Shown here: positions 35,717 to 49,900 of the stretch, one piece after another
Layout of the letters: every line of letters starts with the position of its first letter
Position numbering within the stretch: position 1 is the stretch's first letter
Source of the DNA: Lingula anatina
Taxonomy: Eukaryota; Animalia; Brachiopoda
NCBI GenBank assembly: GCA_051362555.1
Contig: CM120649.1
Coordinates: forward strand, 1,302,001 to 1,366,000
Reading direction: 5' to 3'
Length of the DNA: 64,000 nt
Position numbers and translations under genes: made by a program
The notes under the pieces: generated by a model
Seen by the model: the letters and a program-made list of their open reading frames with translations, nothing else
The model's database searches: none
Told to the model about the DNA's origin: nothing

Positions 35717-38700
35717 TGATGTGCTTATCAAACATCAGATGATGTTTTAAGTGTGTGTCCACGAGAAAACCAAACCAAATGTAGAAAATGCGGCAAGGTG
35801 GGGGTGAACGGATTTACATCATATTTGGTGTGTTTGAACCTTTATATGAACAATATCTGAGGCTGCAATATTTCCTGAAAAAAATCCCTACTTACAGAGA
35901 TATGGCCAGTGACAATTTGGGGGGTTTATCAACCAAAAATTCTTCTGAAAAACAAGGTTATATTGATTGGCCTTAAAGTTTATACAGGTGTCACCAAATG
36001 ATTTAGTTTGGTGATATATTATAACCTAAAGATAGAGGATTAAAATGATATACACTTTTTCCACTCTCTTTGTTTCCATGGTAACAAACCAAGCGTTTTT
36101 CTCAGGCCTACAAACCACATGCTTTGAACACCCCCCTTCTATTTTTGACAATATCTTCATCTTCACAGGTCTTTGGGGTAAAGCGTGTTCAGGACTAACA
36201 GATAACTCATTAATCTATTTATACATGAAATCAAAACTTACTGCTGTTCTACAACTTGTCCGTTGTAACAGATAGAACATGACCTAATTTCTTCATTTTT
36301 CGTAAATATATCCGAACACGTATATCGGTGCACTGAACTTCAGCCATCTCTTTCAAGTCAACGAATGGTTTAAAACACTGTTAGTTGAACTTTTTATTTT
36401 CATTTTACCTATTCTAATTTTTTTCTGGTTAAAACGAGCATCTAACACATTTTAAAACCATGTGAAACTAATGTACTAACGTCAGAACAACACAACGTCA
36501 TTATCCAACATGGCGGAAATCGCAGACTGTTTGTTTACAAATCTTCCTCAACGAAGTCGTATATCATGTGGTTTATACTCTGTCTACAGATATAAAAAAA
36601 CATGTAGTGTATTGAAAAATTGCAACAGAGATATTAACAGTCATCTTCGTCACGTTTACGTGAAGCAAAACAGCGTGAGTTACGAAAGCACACTGATTCT
36701 TGTCAGGTGTGAATTCTTTTGTATCCGATGACAGCAATTGGACTTTTTCAAGTATCTTTGGGAGAATAAATGGGTTACACCATGTGACCAGCACTGGGAT
36801 ATGGGCTTGGTTTGTGCTGGAAACCATCCACACGGGAAAACGAGCCTATAACGAAATATGTCATGGGATTAACTTGCAGATGTCAGTGTAGACAAAAAGC
36901 CATTTGAATATACTGATGCCACTTGGTTCAGGTAAGAAACGGGTTTGTTTGTATTTTAATACAGGCTAAAATCCAGAAAAAAAGTTCACTCAGAAAAATG
37001 ATCTAGGTGTAATTTTTTAATGGTAAACGCTCCATTTTTTTAAAAAGAAAAATGCCCCCTTTCAAATAATGAAATTGCAGCCTAAGGACCTGTGATAATT
37101 TTATCTTTTAAGCTATATTTGTGTGGGTATTTATGTAGGTTTAATGGTACTTGGGTAAAATAAATTTAAGGGTAACAATTGGAATTAGATTGAAGCTAGG
37201 GCTGGTCTTGGCAAAATTGCTAGGCTCATCATAATTAATATTCGAAACCATGCCTTACTTATAAAACATGGACAAATGGGATAATAATTTATTTTTCATC
37301 AATATATCAATTAACTTTCAGATAAGTGTTTTCATGTGTCTATAGTAAGCTATATTTATTTTTCAGGCATATTTGAGAAGTGTTATTTGACACACAGTGA
37401 TCTTATGGTCAGCAAAAGAGTCCAAAGTCTTGCAGAAACTGAAACTAGTGTGGAAATGATGGCTGTTGTAAAAAGGCATGTATGTAAATGAAAGCCACAA
37501 TATAACAAATGCTGAGGAGATGCATGAGGCCCTAGTTTCTGCAGTTGGAGCCATTTTCTACATCCAGCTAGACAGACATCTTCCAAACCTGCGTGGACTG
37601 GAGTGTCCAATTACAACAATTTAGCTTTCTTGATTCCTACAACATGAGAAAAGGTGTCTTCCTTCCTTGAGCAGTTTTAACATGAGTGATACTGATGTTA
37701 AAGTTAATTTGGGTTTTTCTGAGGCAAATATGCCAGCTGGGACTATACCAAGCAAGATCACAAACAGGGACATTTTTTCTTGTCCAGAGAAGTTTTCTCT
37801 GAAATCTTTTGCTACTAAGACTGAAGAGTATTTGTAAGGTCCTTTTTTAGACCACAGTTATGAAATGTGCCAAAAAAAACAGCTTTTGATCAAATTAAAG
37901 TCTAGTGGGCCAACAATCTAACTAAAGAAAAACTTAAAGCACATCAGCTGTGAGAGAACTCCACCCTCTTGAATATCTCACTGAGTTACACAATGGATGA
38001 GCTTTAAAGTCATCTAAACCTTTGAAACTATATTTAAATAAAGTAAAGGAGTTTTTACTGAAGGAGTTTAGAAGGGCACAAGAAACAGGCCAGCAGAACC
38101 TAGCATTTGTGAGCATGAAGATGAGATTGAAATGTCAGTAAGGAGGGTTACAGACTATTCAGGAAGAAAAAATCGGCAGTTATTTTTGAATGTATTAAAA
38201 ACTTTGATGTTATGAGCTGTAATGTTTGATACAAAACTGCAAAGATGTTTCATAACACCAGGATATATTTTGCGGTTGTGTTAGTTTTGCTTTTTGAATA
38301 GAAAATTATCTTGTTTTGCTACATTATGATATAGTTTGTAATGATCACAACTAATGTTGCACTGCTTTGCATGTATTGCTATATTATAATGTTGTGATTT
38401 TTTTATTATTTGTAATTATTCATCTGAGACAACAATAAACTAAATCGAATAATTTTTTAGTTACTGTATGCTCATAAATAGTCACCAAAAAGTGGTGTGG
38501 ATGATTAAGAAAAAACTCTTGATAATTGAAAAAGATTTGTTCTGGCTTTGCTATCATAAATACTATGGCATATCCTGATCTCTATATGATAAATATTGCA
38601 CCAAAAAGAAATCGCTACTAAACTAAGATTTTAATTTGTATTCACCAAATTGATGATATTAAAAAAAATATATATATATTAAAATTATCTTGTAAACTCT

Positions 38701-40657
38701 CAAGTTAATTGCCAGTGCCTATCCAAAGTAACAGAATCTATGATTTATTTCCTCTAAATTTTTTGTCCATATAAATTAAGAAGTCCATATATGGCAATTT
38801 ACAAATATGAAGCCCAGTGACCTTGACCTACTGACCTGATATTCATTAGTACACACCCACTTTCCATGTTCACCAGCCCTATTAATTTAGTAACATCATT
38901 GTAGAGCAAAATGGTTTAATAAATTAATCAAACCTATCGTCTACATAGACTTGAATGAATCCACCATGATTTTTTGCCTTAAAAATGGCCAACTTTGGAG
39001 GTATTTTTCAGTACCTGTTTTAATACAGCAGTAACTTTTGAAACTTGATTTGGAATGACCCATATCTGCCTAAAATATTCATGCAGTTTTATAGCTGTAA
39101 ACCCTGTGAAGATGGAGATATATGCAATTAAAGATGGTAGTATCAAAATTGGACTTTGGGGGGAGGGGTGTTATAAATGGGTGTGGCTCGCCCAAACAGG
39201 GTCTTATCTGAATTCTACATATATCTGTGGCAAGCCAAATGATTGTTTTCAATGATTGTAAAGTCTAATATTTTTTAGTTTTCTCCATTTTTGTTTAATT
39301 TACACAAAATATATCATTATTTTTCCAAGGTAAAAATGGAGTCTCAAAGAGGCTACATAAGCCATGACTTATAATAGGCTATAATTCTCTGAAGAAAGGA
39401 TATTTTTGGGATTCCTTCCTAACTCATGAATAACTTCCTAATATGCCTCCATACAACAAATTTGGTTGAAATCCGCTGACCCCCACCTTGCCACCCTGGG
39501 CTGGTTCTCTCGTGGACAAGCTCTTAACTTGAAAACTAATTTACGATGATATCATCCAGTGCCTATGTTGAGCGCCAATTTTAGTAACGATTTTCACCGA
39601 CATGTATCTAACTTTACAGGGATTTGTCAAGACTGCGGTGCGCTATACTTAGACCTCTTAAACGGCAAATCAAACCAGTCCTACTATGACTCCCTGTGCG
39701 GGGGCAACATGACAAACTCCACTGGACCCTCAGGGGGTTTGTCGAGCTACTGCAGCAGCCTGTACACCGCCTTTTTAAATAATGAAGTCAACCAAACTGT
39801 CTGGGAATCCAGCTCTTGTGCAAATGGATCGTCAGGCTATCCCGGTGAATCCGGATATTACAACAGCTCATCCGGTTATCCTGGTGAATCCGGGTATTAT
39901 AATGGCTCGTCGGGTTATCCCGGAGAATCCGGGTATTATAATGGCTCATCAGGCTATACCGGTGAATCCGGGTATTATAACAGCTCGTCGGGTTATCCCG
40001 GAGAATCTGGGTATTATAATAGCTCATCCGGTTATCCCGGAGAATCTGGATATTATAATAGTTCATCAGGCTATCCCGGTGAATCCGGATATTATAACGG
40101 CTCATCAGGTTATCCCGGTGAATCCGGGTATTATAACGGTTCATCAGGTTATCCCGGTGAATCCGGGTATTATAACGGATCATCAGGTTATCCCGGTGAA
40201 TCCGGGTATTATAACGGATCATCAGGTTATCCCGGAAACTCGGGGTATTCGGCGGAGTATTGCAACGCCCTCTACGGCCTTGTCCTGAACGGCACTGTCC
40301 CCATGGTTGACTACGAATACATGTGTGCGCAGTCTAACGGATCCTCGGGATATACAGGAGATTCCGGACCGGATGCAGCGGCCTGTGCCTCCATGCTGGC
40401 TGCGGTACAGAACGGGACTCTGGATGCATCGTACTATGAATCAGTGTGCCCTGAAGACACTGGTGAGGATCAGTTGGGTGAGTGAAACAAATATATGTAG
40501 GCCTATATATATTTTTGCACAGAAATACACCACAGAAATATGTGTTGCTCGTGGCATTTGATTCACGTGCTTTAAAACTGTTTTTAAAGTAGCCATTGTG
40601 GTGGTTGGGCGTTTCAATGTTTCTTGGCATATATATATATTGAAACAGCCAGCCACC

Positions 40658-40727
<70 letters not shown>

Positions 40728-43700
40728 CGAGTGTGGTACAGAGTGCTCAACTGTCCGGAGCATTTATGCACAATTAATTAATAAATAAAATAAATAAAAT
40801 TATAATTAATTAATTAATTAAAAACAAGAGACATGTATCAACCCCAGCTCAGAGTTCCCGATCGCTAGGAGGTGTTTATTTGTTTATATATAAAAGGAGA
40901 GTATATTTAAATCTCATGCCTTTGAATATATATATAGATGTCTAACTTATATCGTCTCGCTTCCTTTCTTTTTAAAGGTGACTTGTTGGAATCCTTCAAT
41001 GCATCTGCAATAACTTCACCGGACGCATTGGACAGCGTGGTGGCCGCCATAAGTAATACAGTAAGAGAAATGCTTCATTAATAGGCATTGTTTGAAATCA
41101 GATAAAAGTTATATTCGTGGATAAATATAACAGATTTTGACTTCAGGGAAGAATCCGTTTTCATCAAGACAAATTATGGAAAGAGACAAAAAAAAGTTAC
41201 TCAACGTTGTTTTGTCATCACAACTGTACATGTACCACAGTGCACTCGTTCACAACATAAATACGTTTCCCATTTGTTTTACTGGATTTTTCCTATTATT
41301 TCCAGAGCTCAACCAACACCGACCAGTTACAACAGGTTCGTAGTCATGTTTATTATACTCACTTCTGGACCGTGTTATAATTACTTGTATTGGTGATCTG
41401 AGTAGCTATGGGCAAATCAATGGGTATCGATTTCCGAAATAACATTGTACTAGGCTTGTATGCTTTTAATCGTTTTTCTTTTACTTTTATTCATTAATAT
41501 TTTTCTTCTTTCTTTGTTTGTTTCACTGGAACACAGATACATTTACCTAAATGAATGTCGTCGCATTTTTGATCTAGTTTGTATTTATCATATAGTATTC
41601 TCCTGCAATATAACATGCACAACAAAAGTTAATGTCCTTAATGTCAAAAGGTAATAACAAAAGCAATAAATAAATAAATAAATAAATAAAAATAAATGAA
41701 ATATATTTATCAATTAAACTTCTATGCTGGCTTGAACACATTATTTCAGGTACGAGATATGGCAGTATCGGCCATGTTGAACGTAATAGACTCTGTCACC
41801 GATGAAGCCGGCTTGGCGAAGGTCGCCGACTCGCTGTCGTCTATCACCGACTCGGATGCCTCCGGTATCACAGAGGCTACAATGGTAAGTTAATGTACTA
41901 AATTGTTTGGGAATATTGTCACAAGGGCCGCAATAGACACATCTCTCCTTACATATCCCCCCCCCACACACACACACACTCGCACACACACAATACATGC
42001 GTACAGATACATGCACGCGTGTGGCAGACCAAGCACTGCACGCTAAAGAAGTTCACAAGTAGATGTCGTATATGTACATATATACATACGATTTCAATCC
42101 CACACATGTATGCACACAGCCACACACACACACACACACCCAACCACCCTCACACACTGTGCAGATATGAATACTGTATATCAAGTATTTGTAAACAGTA
42201 TTTTGTATGTTATAAAGATGTACCTTGAGAATAACCTTATGTACATTTTATTTCTCCAACAGTAACAATATTTTTTCATCTTTGCAGGACAAAGCTCTCG
42301 ACGCCAGTGAATCCATACTTAACAAGATGTCCTCAAACGCCAACCTTGGAAACGCAGCATTAACACAAATATCTACAGGTATTTGAGAGTTAAAATTGCT
42401 AAATAATGTTAGCAGCTACACAACCCATCAATTAACAGTCAAGATAGGTGTGATGAGATAAGCAGTGCTTTTTTCTTTGTGAAGTAAAGGAGGGCGCAAT
42501 TAAAAGGGCCTCCCTCTGCAAATATAAAACAGGGCAAATTTACTTTAACATGTACGGCTCAGGACGGAATATTACTTAGCAGGGGCGGATCCAGAGATAT
42601 TTTCTGACAGTCTTCCAAATTATCCTTGTTGATCCATCTTCCATTTTTGACCGTCTTCCGACAGAAAACGTTAGATGTATGACAATGTAAACTTGAAAAT
42701 CTGACCGTCGTCCAGAAGATGGCCTAAATCCACCCCTGCTTAGCTTCCATTGTGTCATTTCGCTTGTTTAACTTTTCTGGGGTCAGGGATTACCCTCCAA
42801 ATAGGTGGGGAACACGTCACTTACTGTCCCCATCCCCCTGGACCTACCACTGAAGACTACCTTTGAAATATTTTTTTTTTTATTTTTGGCTTGATCACCT
42901 TATCTCATTACACCGATCTTGACTAAACACATTTTCTGTTACATTTCAGCCATCGTTGGTACCATTAGCAACTTGCTGTCAACTACGTTAGGTGATGACC
43001 CAGCCAGTAACGTTACGGACAGTGCTAACGCAACTGCAGCCAAGGCGGTGAGTACTGATGGTCTCTTGAATAGCATTGCCTAATGTTATTCACATTGCAT
43101 TGATCCAAGATGGCAGTTAACCTAGCTCTATATTCAGCTTTTTATCTGTGTTTCTATGCATGCTCGTTTTTTATTTATTTCTTTTTCATTAATTTCTTTA
43201 ATGTTAATGAATGTGCAGACATTTATAAACACAAATTCGAGTCAACATGTATCCAAGACTAACCTTGGGTCAATACATACATTTTAATATAATTTAAACA
43301 TATTCTAAATACCACTCTTAAGAAAGGAGAGGGGTCTTTTGGTCGGGAACATGCAAATAGCCAAATTGACCACGCATTTAAGAATTTATTAAATATTTAA
43401 GTTTTTATAAGACACGTCATGTCTTCTGTGCGTTATTTACCTGTAGAGTATGGTACATGCAAGAGAAATGTATATATATTACACATACGTATTTCAAACA
43501 AAAATAAGACCTTAAAATAACAACTGTATTTCAGATTTACCTTTTTTGAGTTTGTAATTTTTATGCATGGTTACCGATTATGAACTCTCTTTTATAGGCA
43601 CGAGCTGAGAAGTCTGAACAGCTCGTCAACTCTATCGGCGACACAATCCTGGGGGGCATGAATACCTCCTCTCCTCCAGTGGTAATTAACACCAAGTCTG

Positions 43701-46700
43701 TCGCCATGACACTTCAGAAGGTTGCTGGTAGTCAAGCCGCTGCGGGGAACTTCACCACTAGCTCGACTACGATCAAAATCAACGGAGCTCTGGCGACAAC
43801 GGAACCCGTTAATGTCAAGGTATGAAATCAAATAGCTTACAGTGTATCCTCCGATGTCAGAGGATCTTTAAATAGCATCCAAAATTAAAATAATAAAATA
43901 TCAAATAAAAAATATCATTTTTTTTTTATTTGATATTTTCTTGAAATCATGAAATAATCATTCTTCCGGGTGCAGTACGACTTATACTTTATTCAGTTTA
44001 ACCATTTCCCTTCTCCTTTAAGTTGCCTTTGCAAAACCCAGTGACCTGACATTCGCTTTCTTCTCAACACTTTCCGCATTTCTCTTCAGCTGGTAGCAAT
44101 GGCAGACAACGCATTCAAGTACGCTCCGGGCGGAAGTAACGTCACTTCCGGAGTTACTACATTCGAGATGAAGACGGACTCGGGACAGATGGCAGCACTG
44201 GACGGTGGCTTCGTCGAGGCCGAAGTCGGAGCAGCAATGAAATTTGAAGAAACTCAAGCAAGCATGGAAAACATGACCACCGACAACGGGATCTCTCAAA
44301 CCATCGCCATCCAAGACGCCGCAATCTTGTTGTCCTTCGACATTCCTCCTGACCAGACGCTGGTTTTCCTAGGCAAGCTGGACGGAGAAGCTACGAAGCA
44401 GAGTTATGATTTTCGGTTCGTTGTGTCGTCTGCTGTGGAAAGTTCCGACAAAAATATCGACGTGAACGAAGAATTTGATAATGGGACGCTGGTGATAGTC
44501 GTACCACAAGAGGCATTAGGGACAGCACAAAAACTTGGCTTGTCGGTTCTTTTGGCCGAGGGTAAGTGTAAGATTGTATGAAACACAAACCTCATTTTGT
44601 TGTTAGACCGATAAATCTATGGAAGAGGTAGATTGCTCCCTTATATTAATGTAAATAATTTAAATACTAATTAATTTAATGAATATTTATTAATGAATTT
44701 ATGTATCTATTTATATATGAAGTTTTTCTAATATTAGTGGTTGGCTTAACAGTACCTACATGCAGTATATGCAGCATTTAAGAGCGATGAGGTTAAGGGA
44801 CAATTATTGGCATTTAATATCTTGCCATCAAATCACTGAAATCCGAGCTGTAGTAGAAACAACCTTCTTAAACAAAACAATAATTTGGCGATTCTTCAAC
44901 GTTTTACTCACGTGCAGAATCAGCCACCTCATCAGGTGGCGGAAGTAGCAGGCGGCTCCTATCGACAGGCGGCAATGGTACCCTGAGTATGCGGTCCACT
45001 GCAATCACCCCTTCCTCATATAATCGTACATCTAAATCATGGGGTTCGCCATCAGGTCTTAAGGTACCGTTGGATTTTGCTTTAGATTTACACTTTTTGC
45101 TTTTAGTTATCTTTAACTTATATTAGATATGTGAAAAGTATTATATCGTTCCCGCCCTCAAACTAATATTGACCCATTCTCATAAAAAAGCATTAATGAA
45201 ACAACGAAAAATATAAAATAAGCTTTAATATGGGCATCGTACATTACCCGTCGGTGTAAAATATATCACAGATATAGATATGTTACTTAAAACACGTTGA
45301 AGGATTTCATTCGTGTTTCAGATTAAAGGCGCCTCTAAATCCAACAAGGTGGTTTTCAAGAGCAACTTCTTCGGCTCATTTGCTGCGGGCCTGTTCGTCC
45401 CACCTAACACAATAGACTTCGGCAAAGTGTTCGGGAACTTCAGCGCCCTCCTCGCGCAGGCGCCGCACGTGCTGATAGTGATGAGCTCCCTGGTGGCGCT
45501 GTATTTCTTACTGTTGATATGGGCGAGGAGGAAGGACAAGCAAGATATGGAGAACGTAAGCAAAACTGAATTTTGTATTTGTACAATGTAACCGAAAAAT
45601 TTCATAAGCTGTATTATGCACTTAGTTATTATTCATTTTTGCTGGTCTTATTATTCTAGAAATCATTATAACTTTGCATATGGACAATCATGTCAACGGG
45701 TATTTCTACAGAAAATAAATACATAAAAGTACTGGTTAATTGATACATTATCCAATTACCGCATCTAAGGTATAACCTATCATCAGGATAATTTGAAATT
45801 ACCGAACAACCAATGTTTAAGAAATAACACACAAGCTTTACAACTGGTAATAAGATTATAAAGGCTATTAATATCAATACTTCCACTAACTGCTATTGTG
45901 TGACTGTAGTTTATATACTGAAAGTTTGTTTGCACGAATTCTTTGTGTCTTTACCGTGATACTTTCGTTGTAATATGAATTGTTGCGAAAAATCTCCAAT
46001 TATCAAAATTGTGTAATTGAATAATGTTATTACACCAACATGGGTAACCTTGATTTCTCAAAAAAATTTCCAAATTACTTAACAGTTATACAGTGTAGTT
46101 GGGACGTCACCATTACGTCACAGCATCATCTTGACACGCTTAGAACTAATATCCCTTATTTATTTTTTTCTAGTGGGTTCACCATCATCTGTTGGAAAAC
46201 CAGCGCTGGGATCAGCAGCACTATCTTCTCAGTGTTTTTACCAGTTCCAAGTCCCCCAAGCACACTACAGCTATTCCTTACGTCATACTGTATGGCACTG
46301 AGGGAAGAACGAAACCGAAAGTGCTCCTGGATCGCAGTAGGGAGGTAGGTTACACGACACTGTTCAAAAAGCGTGACGTTACTGATTATGATGTGTAATC
46401 GTTATTCTTGACAACGACGTGTGCTTTCGTGTGGTAGATACACTGTACACGTATTAGGTTTAAAACACTAACTTCTTCGAAAAATATTTGAACTTAATAC
46501 AAGCCCATACACAGCGCTAATAATTATAAATATTAAACTCGCTACGGAGACAGAAGTTATTGTCCCAATAATAATCAGCTGCTTCAATTCTGGTACACAC
46601 GAGCTGGTCCACATGGTTTAACATTACTTATAAATGCAGGACAAACTTTGGCCGAGTTGACTTTCTTTTATTTGACCTGTTTGGCGCTAGTAAGGCAAAA

Positions 46701-46937
46701 TGGTTTGGCAATTATAACTGGATAAATTAATTTCATTCCATTACTCATTTCTTCAATATTTATTAAATTCTAGAATTTCAAACGCGGCAAAGTGTGTAAC
46801 TTTGTCCTGAGCACCCCGCGATCACTGGGCAGATTAACCCACCTCCACGTGTGGCACTGCCAGGTTGATGATGCCTCCAGTTGGCACCTGGATAAGATAA
46901 CAGTCTATGACGTCACAACCAAGGACAGGTCAGTCTA

Positions 46938-46987
<50 letters not shown>

Positions 46988-49900
46988 CTACAGACAATAA
47001 TCAATAGTTATACTGATATATATTTATTCCCATCCCAGGGGTGAAAGACATAAAAGAGTACATACATAAAATCACACACAAAATCCCCATAGTATAATCA
47101 CATAAAATCGTTCTAATATAAGTAATAAAATGATTGTAGTAATACTGTATAAAAATATTGTATGTGGTAAGGTGAAAATATAAGACAGAGGAGTACGAAA
47201 AATGAATAAAATTATGTTTAAATGGACAAATAATTATACAGTGCTGAGACCATATGAATGCGGAAGCGCAGCTGATACCACATTATGGAGTATAAGCCGC
47301 TTCTTTTCAGATTTCTTTTCCTCTGTGACGAGTGGCTCTCCATCTGCAAAGACGACGGCAACACCGACAGGCTGCTAACAGCTGCAGACGAGACGGCCCT
47401 GGAAGACTTCTCCTTCCTCCTTAGCAACAACGCCAAGAAGAAGATATTCGATGACCATTTATGGTTTTCCGTTGCCAAGCGACCGACGCCCAGTCGTCTC
47501 ACGAGAGTTCAGAGGCTGACCACGTGCTTGGCTGTCCTGTTTTTGTGTATGATATCGAACGCTATGTTCTATACTGAAAACGAGGACAAGGGAAACGGTA
47601 TCGCCATCGGCCCCATTGTGATCACGTTCAGACAGGTGTATGTTGGTCTGATTGCCAGTGTTCTCGTGGTCCCCCCTACCTTTATCATGCTGGAAGTTTT
47701 TCGACGGAGTAGACCTAGAAAAACCGACAAGTCAATTTTCCCGTATAAAGCCGACAAATGGGCTGTGGCAAGGAAGGCCCTCGTGCCAGAGGAGAAGGAC
47801 GAGAAGATGTTCAAAGCAGTGGAAAACGTGCTAGCACTCCACAAAGAATCCAAAACCAATGACGACAAATCTGACCTCGTCAAAGCTATTGCTGAATTTG
47901 ATGAGATGATGCGAGAGTCCCCGCCCCCGCCACCCGAGACGCCCGCAAAACCATCCAAACCCCCTCGAAAGCCTGTGAGGTTTCCTTGGTGGTTTGTTGT
48001 GTTCGGGTACATCCTGGCATTTGTGGCAGTGTTTACGTCAGCATTCTTCACGTTATTGTACAGCCTCGAGTGGGGGGCGACCAAATCAACCAATTGGCTT
48101 CTCGCTCTCTTCTTCGCTCTTGGCGAGTCGGTCTTAGTTGTACAACCTTTACAGGTAATGATACCATTGGCGGGCACTAGTTTCTGTAATAATAATCTTA
48201 AAAAAACAAGACTACACAAAAAATAAAGGACATTTCGCTTAAGTCTGTCATCAAAACAAAACAAAACAAAAAAGATTGAAATGACTGCATCAAATATTGT
48301 AGTTCACAAGACAACAACCATACAAGAATAATAACAAACTCAAAAAACAATGCTTCGATATTACGATACGTAAACACTTTGACTGGTAAGTATTCTTGAG
48401 CATCACAATGGAATGCAGGACTTTTGTTCTTTAATCGAAATGTTTTTCTTAAATCTTTTTAAAGTATTTATAAAATAAATTCATGAGAGGTATGTTTTTT
48501 GTTTGTCCCAGGTGCTGCTATTGGCTCTGATCATGTCTATCATCATGCGCATGCCCGGAGACGACGAGACCGACGATGATTTTGTCATAGAAGAACACGT
48601 GCTTTTACCATACAACTGTAAGTATAATATGTGATTATAGATCACAGATTCTGTGATCATAAGATCTATCATTTGGCTAGGAAGTGCACAAATTACGAAT
48701 GTATTATTTGCCACTGAAAAACAAAATAAGTACGTATTTCGTTGACACACTGTAGATTCTCATTTTCCTTGTGTAATGATAACAAAATTGTTTCTTGGTA
48801 ACGAAAGTTTTTAACTTATGGGCTATTTTTAACTAGAGCAGTTTTGCTTGTTGATTGCTTATCTTTTGAATAATGGTCATTTTTTCCCATCAAGGATCGT
48901 ATTATCACGTAGCTTAAATTTACACAAGCCTCATTCAGCCTCACATTACAAAAATACGTGCCTTTAAACAAAATCACGAAACGACAACAACAAGAGATTA
49001 TTAAATATGTATACATGCATTTTCACATTCGTCTTTATCCAGATACCATCCCAAAAGCCGTATTTGTCCCCATGGCGGACACCACGATAGACGAAGAGGA
49101 AATCAAAATGAGAAAGCTACAGAAGAAACATGAACAAAAACTGTCCGGGGTGGTCAACGACATCGCGGTGCATCTTGGATATCTGTTCCTGTTACTAGTG
49201 ATCTGTTTTGCCAACAGAGATCCCAACTTCTTCTTGCAGAATGACAACTTGAGGAATAGCCTTAGTTTAGATGATGGGACCTTCAGTGAGGTATGTTTTT
49301 TTCCCTCGTTCTTACACTTCATACCAAGCATAAGGGTATTTTGCAAAGCTACCACACCATGCCTACATTACATGTATCTGTTGTTCTATTGCCTGCCTTT
49401 GTGTTATCACGACAGGCATCTGAAAACGCGCGCGTTGTTTGCACACGCTTGTGGGTCAATAGAATGACCACATTTCACGTAAGATGAGGTTGACATGAAA
49501 TGTCGCTCTTTTTTTCTATTTCATAAAGTCATAATATCTCCTGAGGAACAACACCTCTAGATGTCTCTCATTTTTGTACATCGTTTTGCAGATTCAGCGA
49601 ATAGAGACCATATTTTCCTGGCTAAACGGGACGATTTTCCCAGCAGTTTTTCCTGACACAGACTATACGGGGGCTACCTTGGATGCCTACGATCAACAGT
49701 TCCTTCATGACATCTACGCCCTCAGACTTGGACCACTGCGCCTGCGTCAACACAGAGTAGTACAAGGTAAGATTATGTTAGAGTGTAGATCTAATGAGAC
49801 GGAATCTGTATTATTATAAAATTTAGGTTCCATTAGTACCAGTCAGGTTTTGTGAATTTTTACGGAGCTTGGACACAATACAATAGTTTTAGAAGAAAAT

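Noticed and set aside
39782-40288. Alternative-frame and antisense ORFs over the 39-bp repeat
   Set aside because: Shadow ORFs; only the SSGYPGESGYYN frame joins flanking exons in phase.
47569-48264. 231-aa antisense ORF
   Set aside because: Shadow of PKD1L exon 14; no independent motifs.
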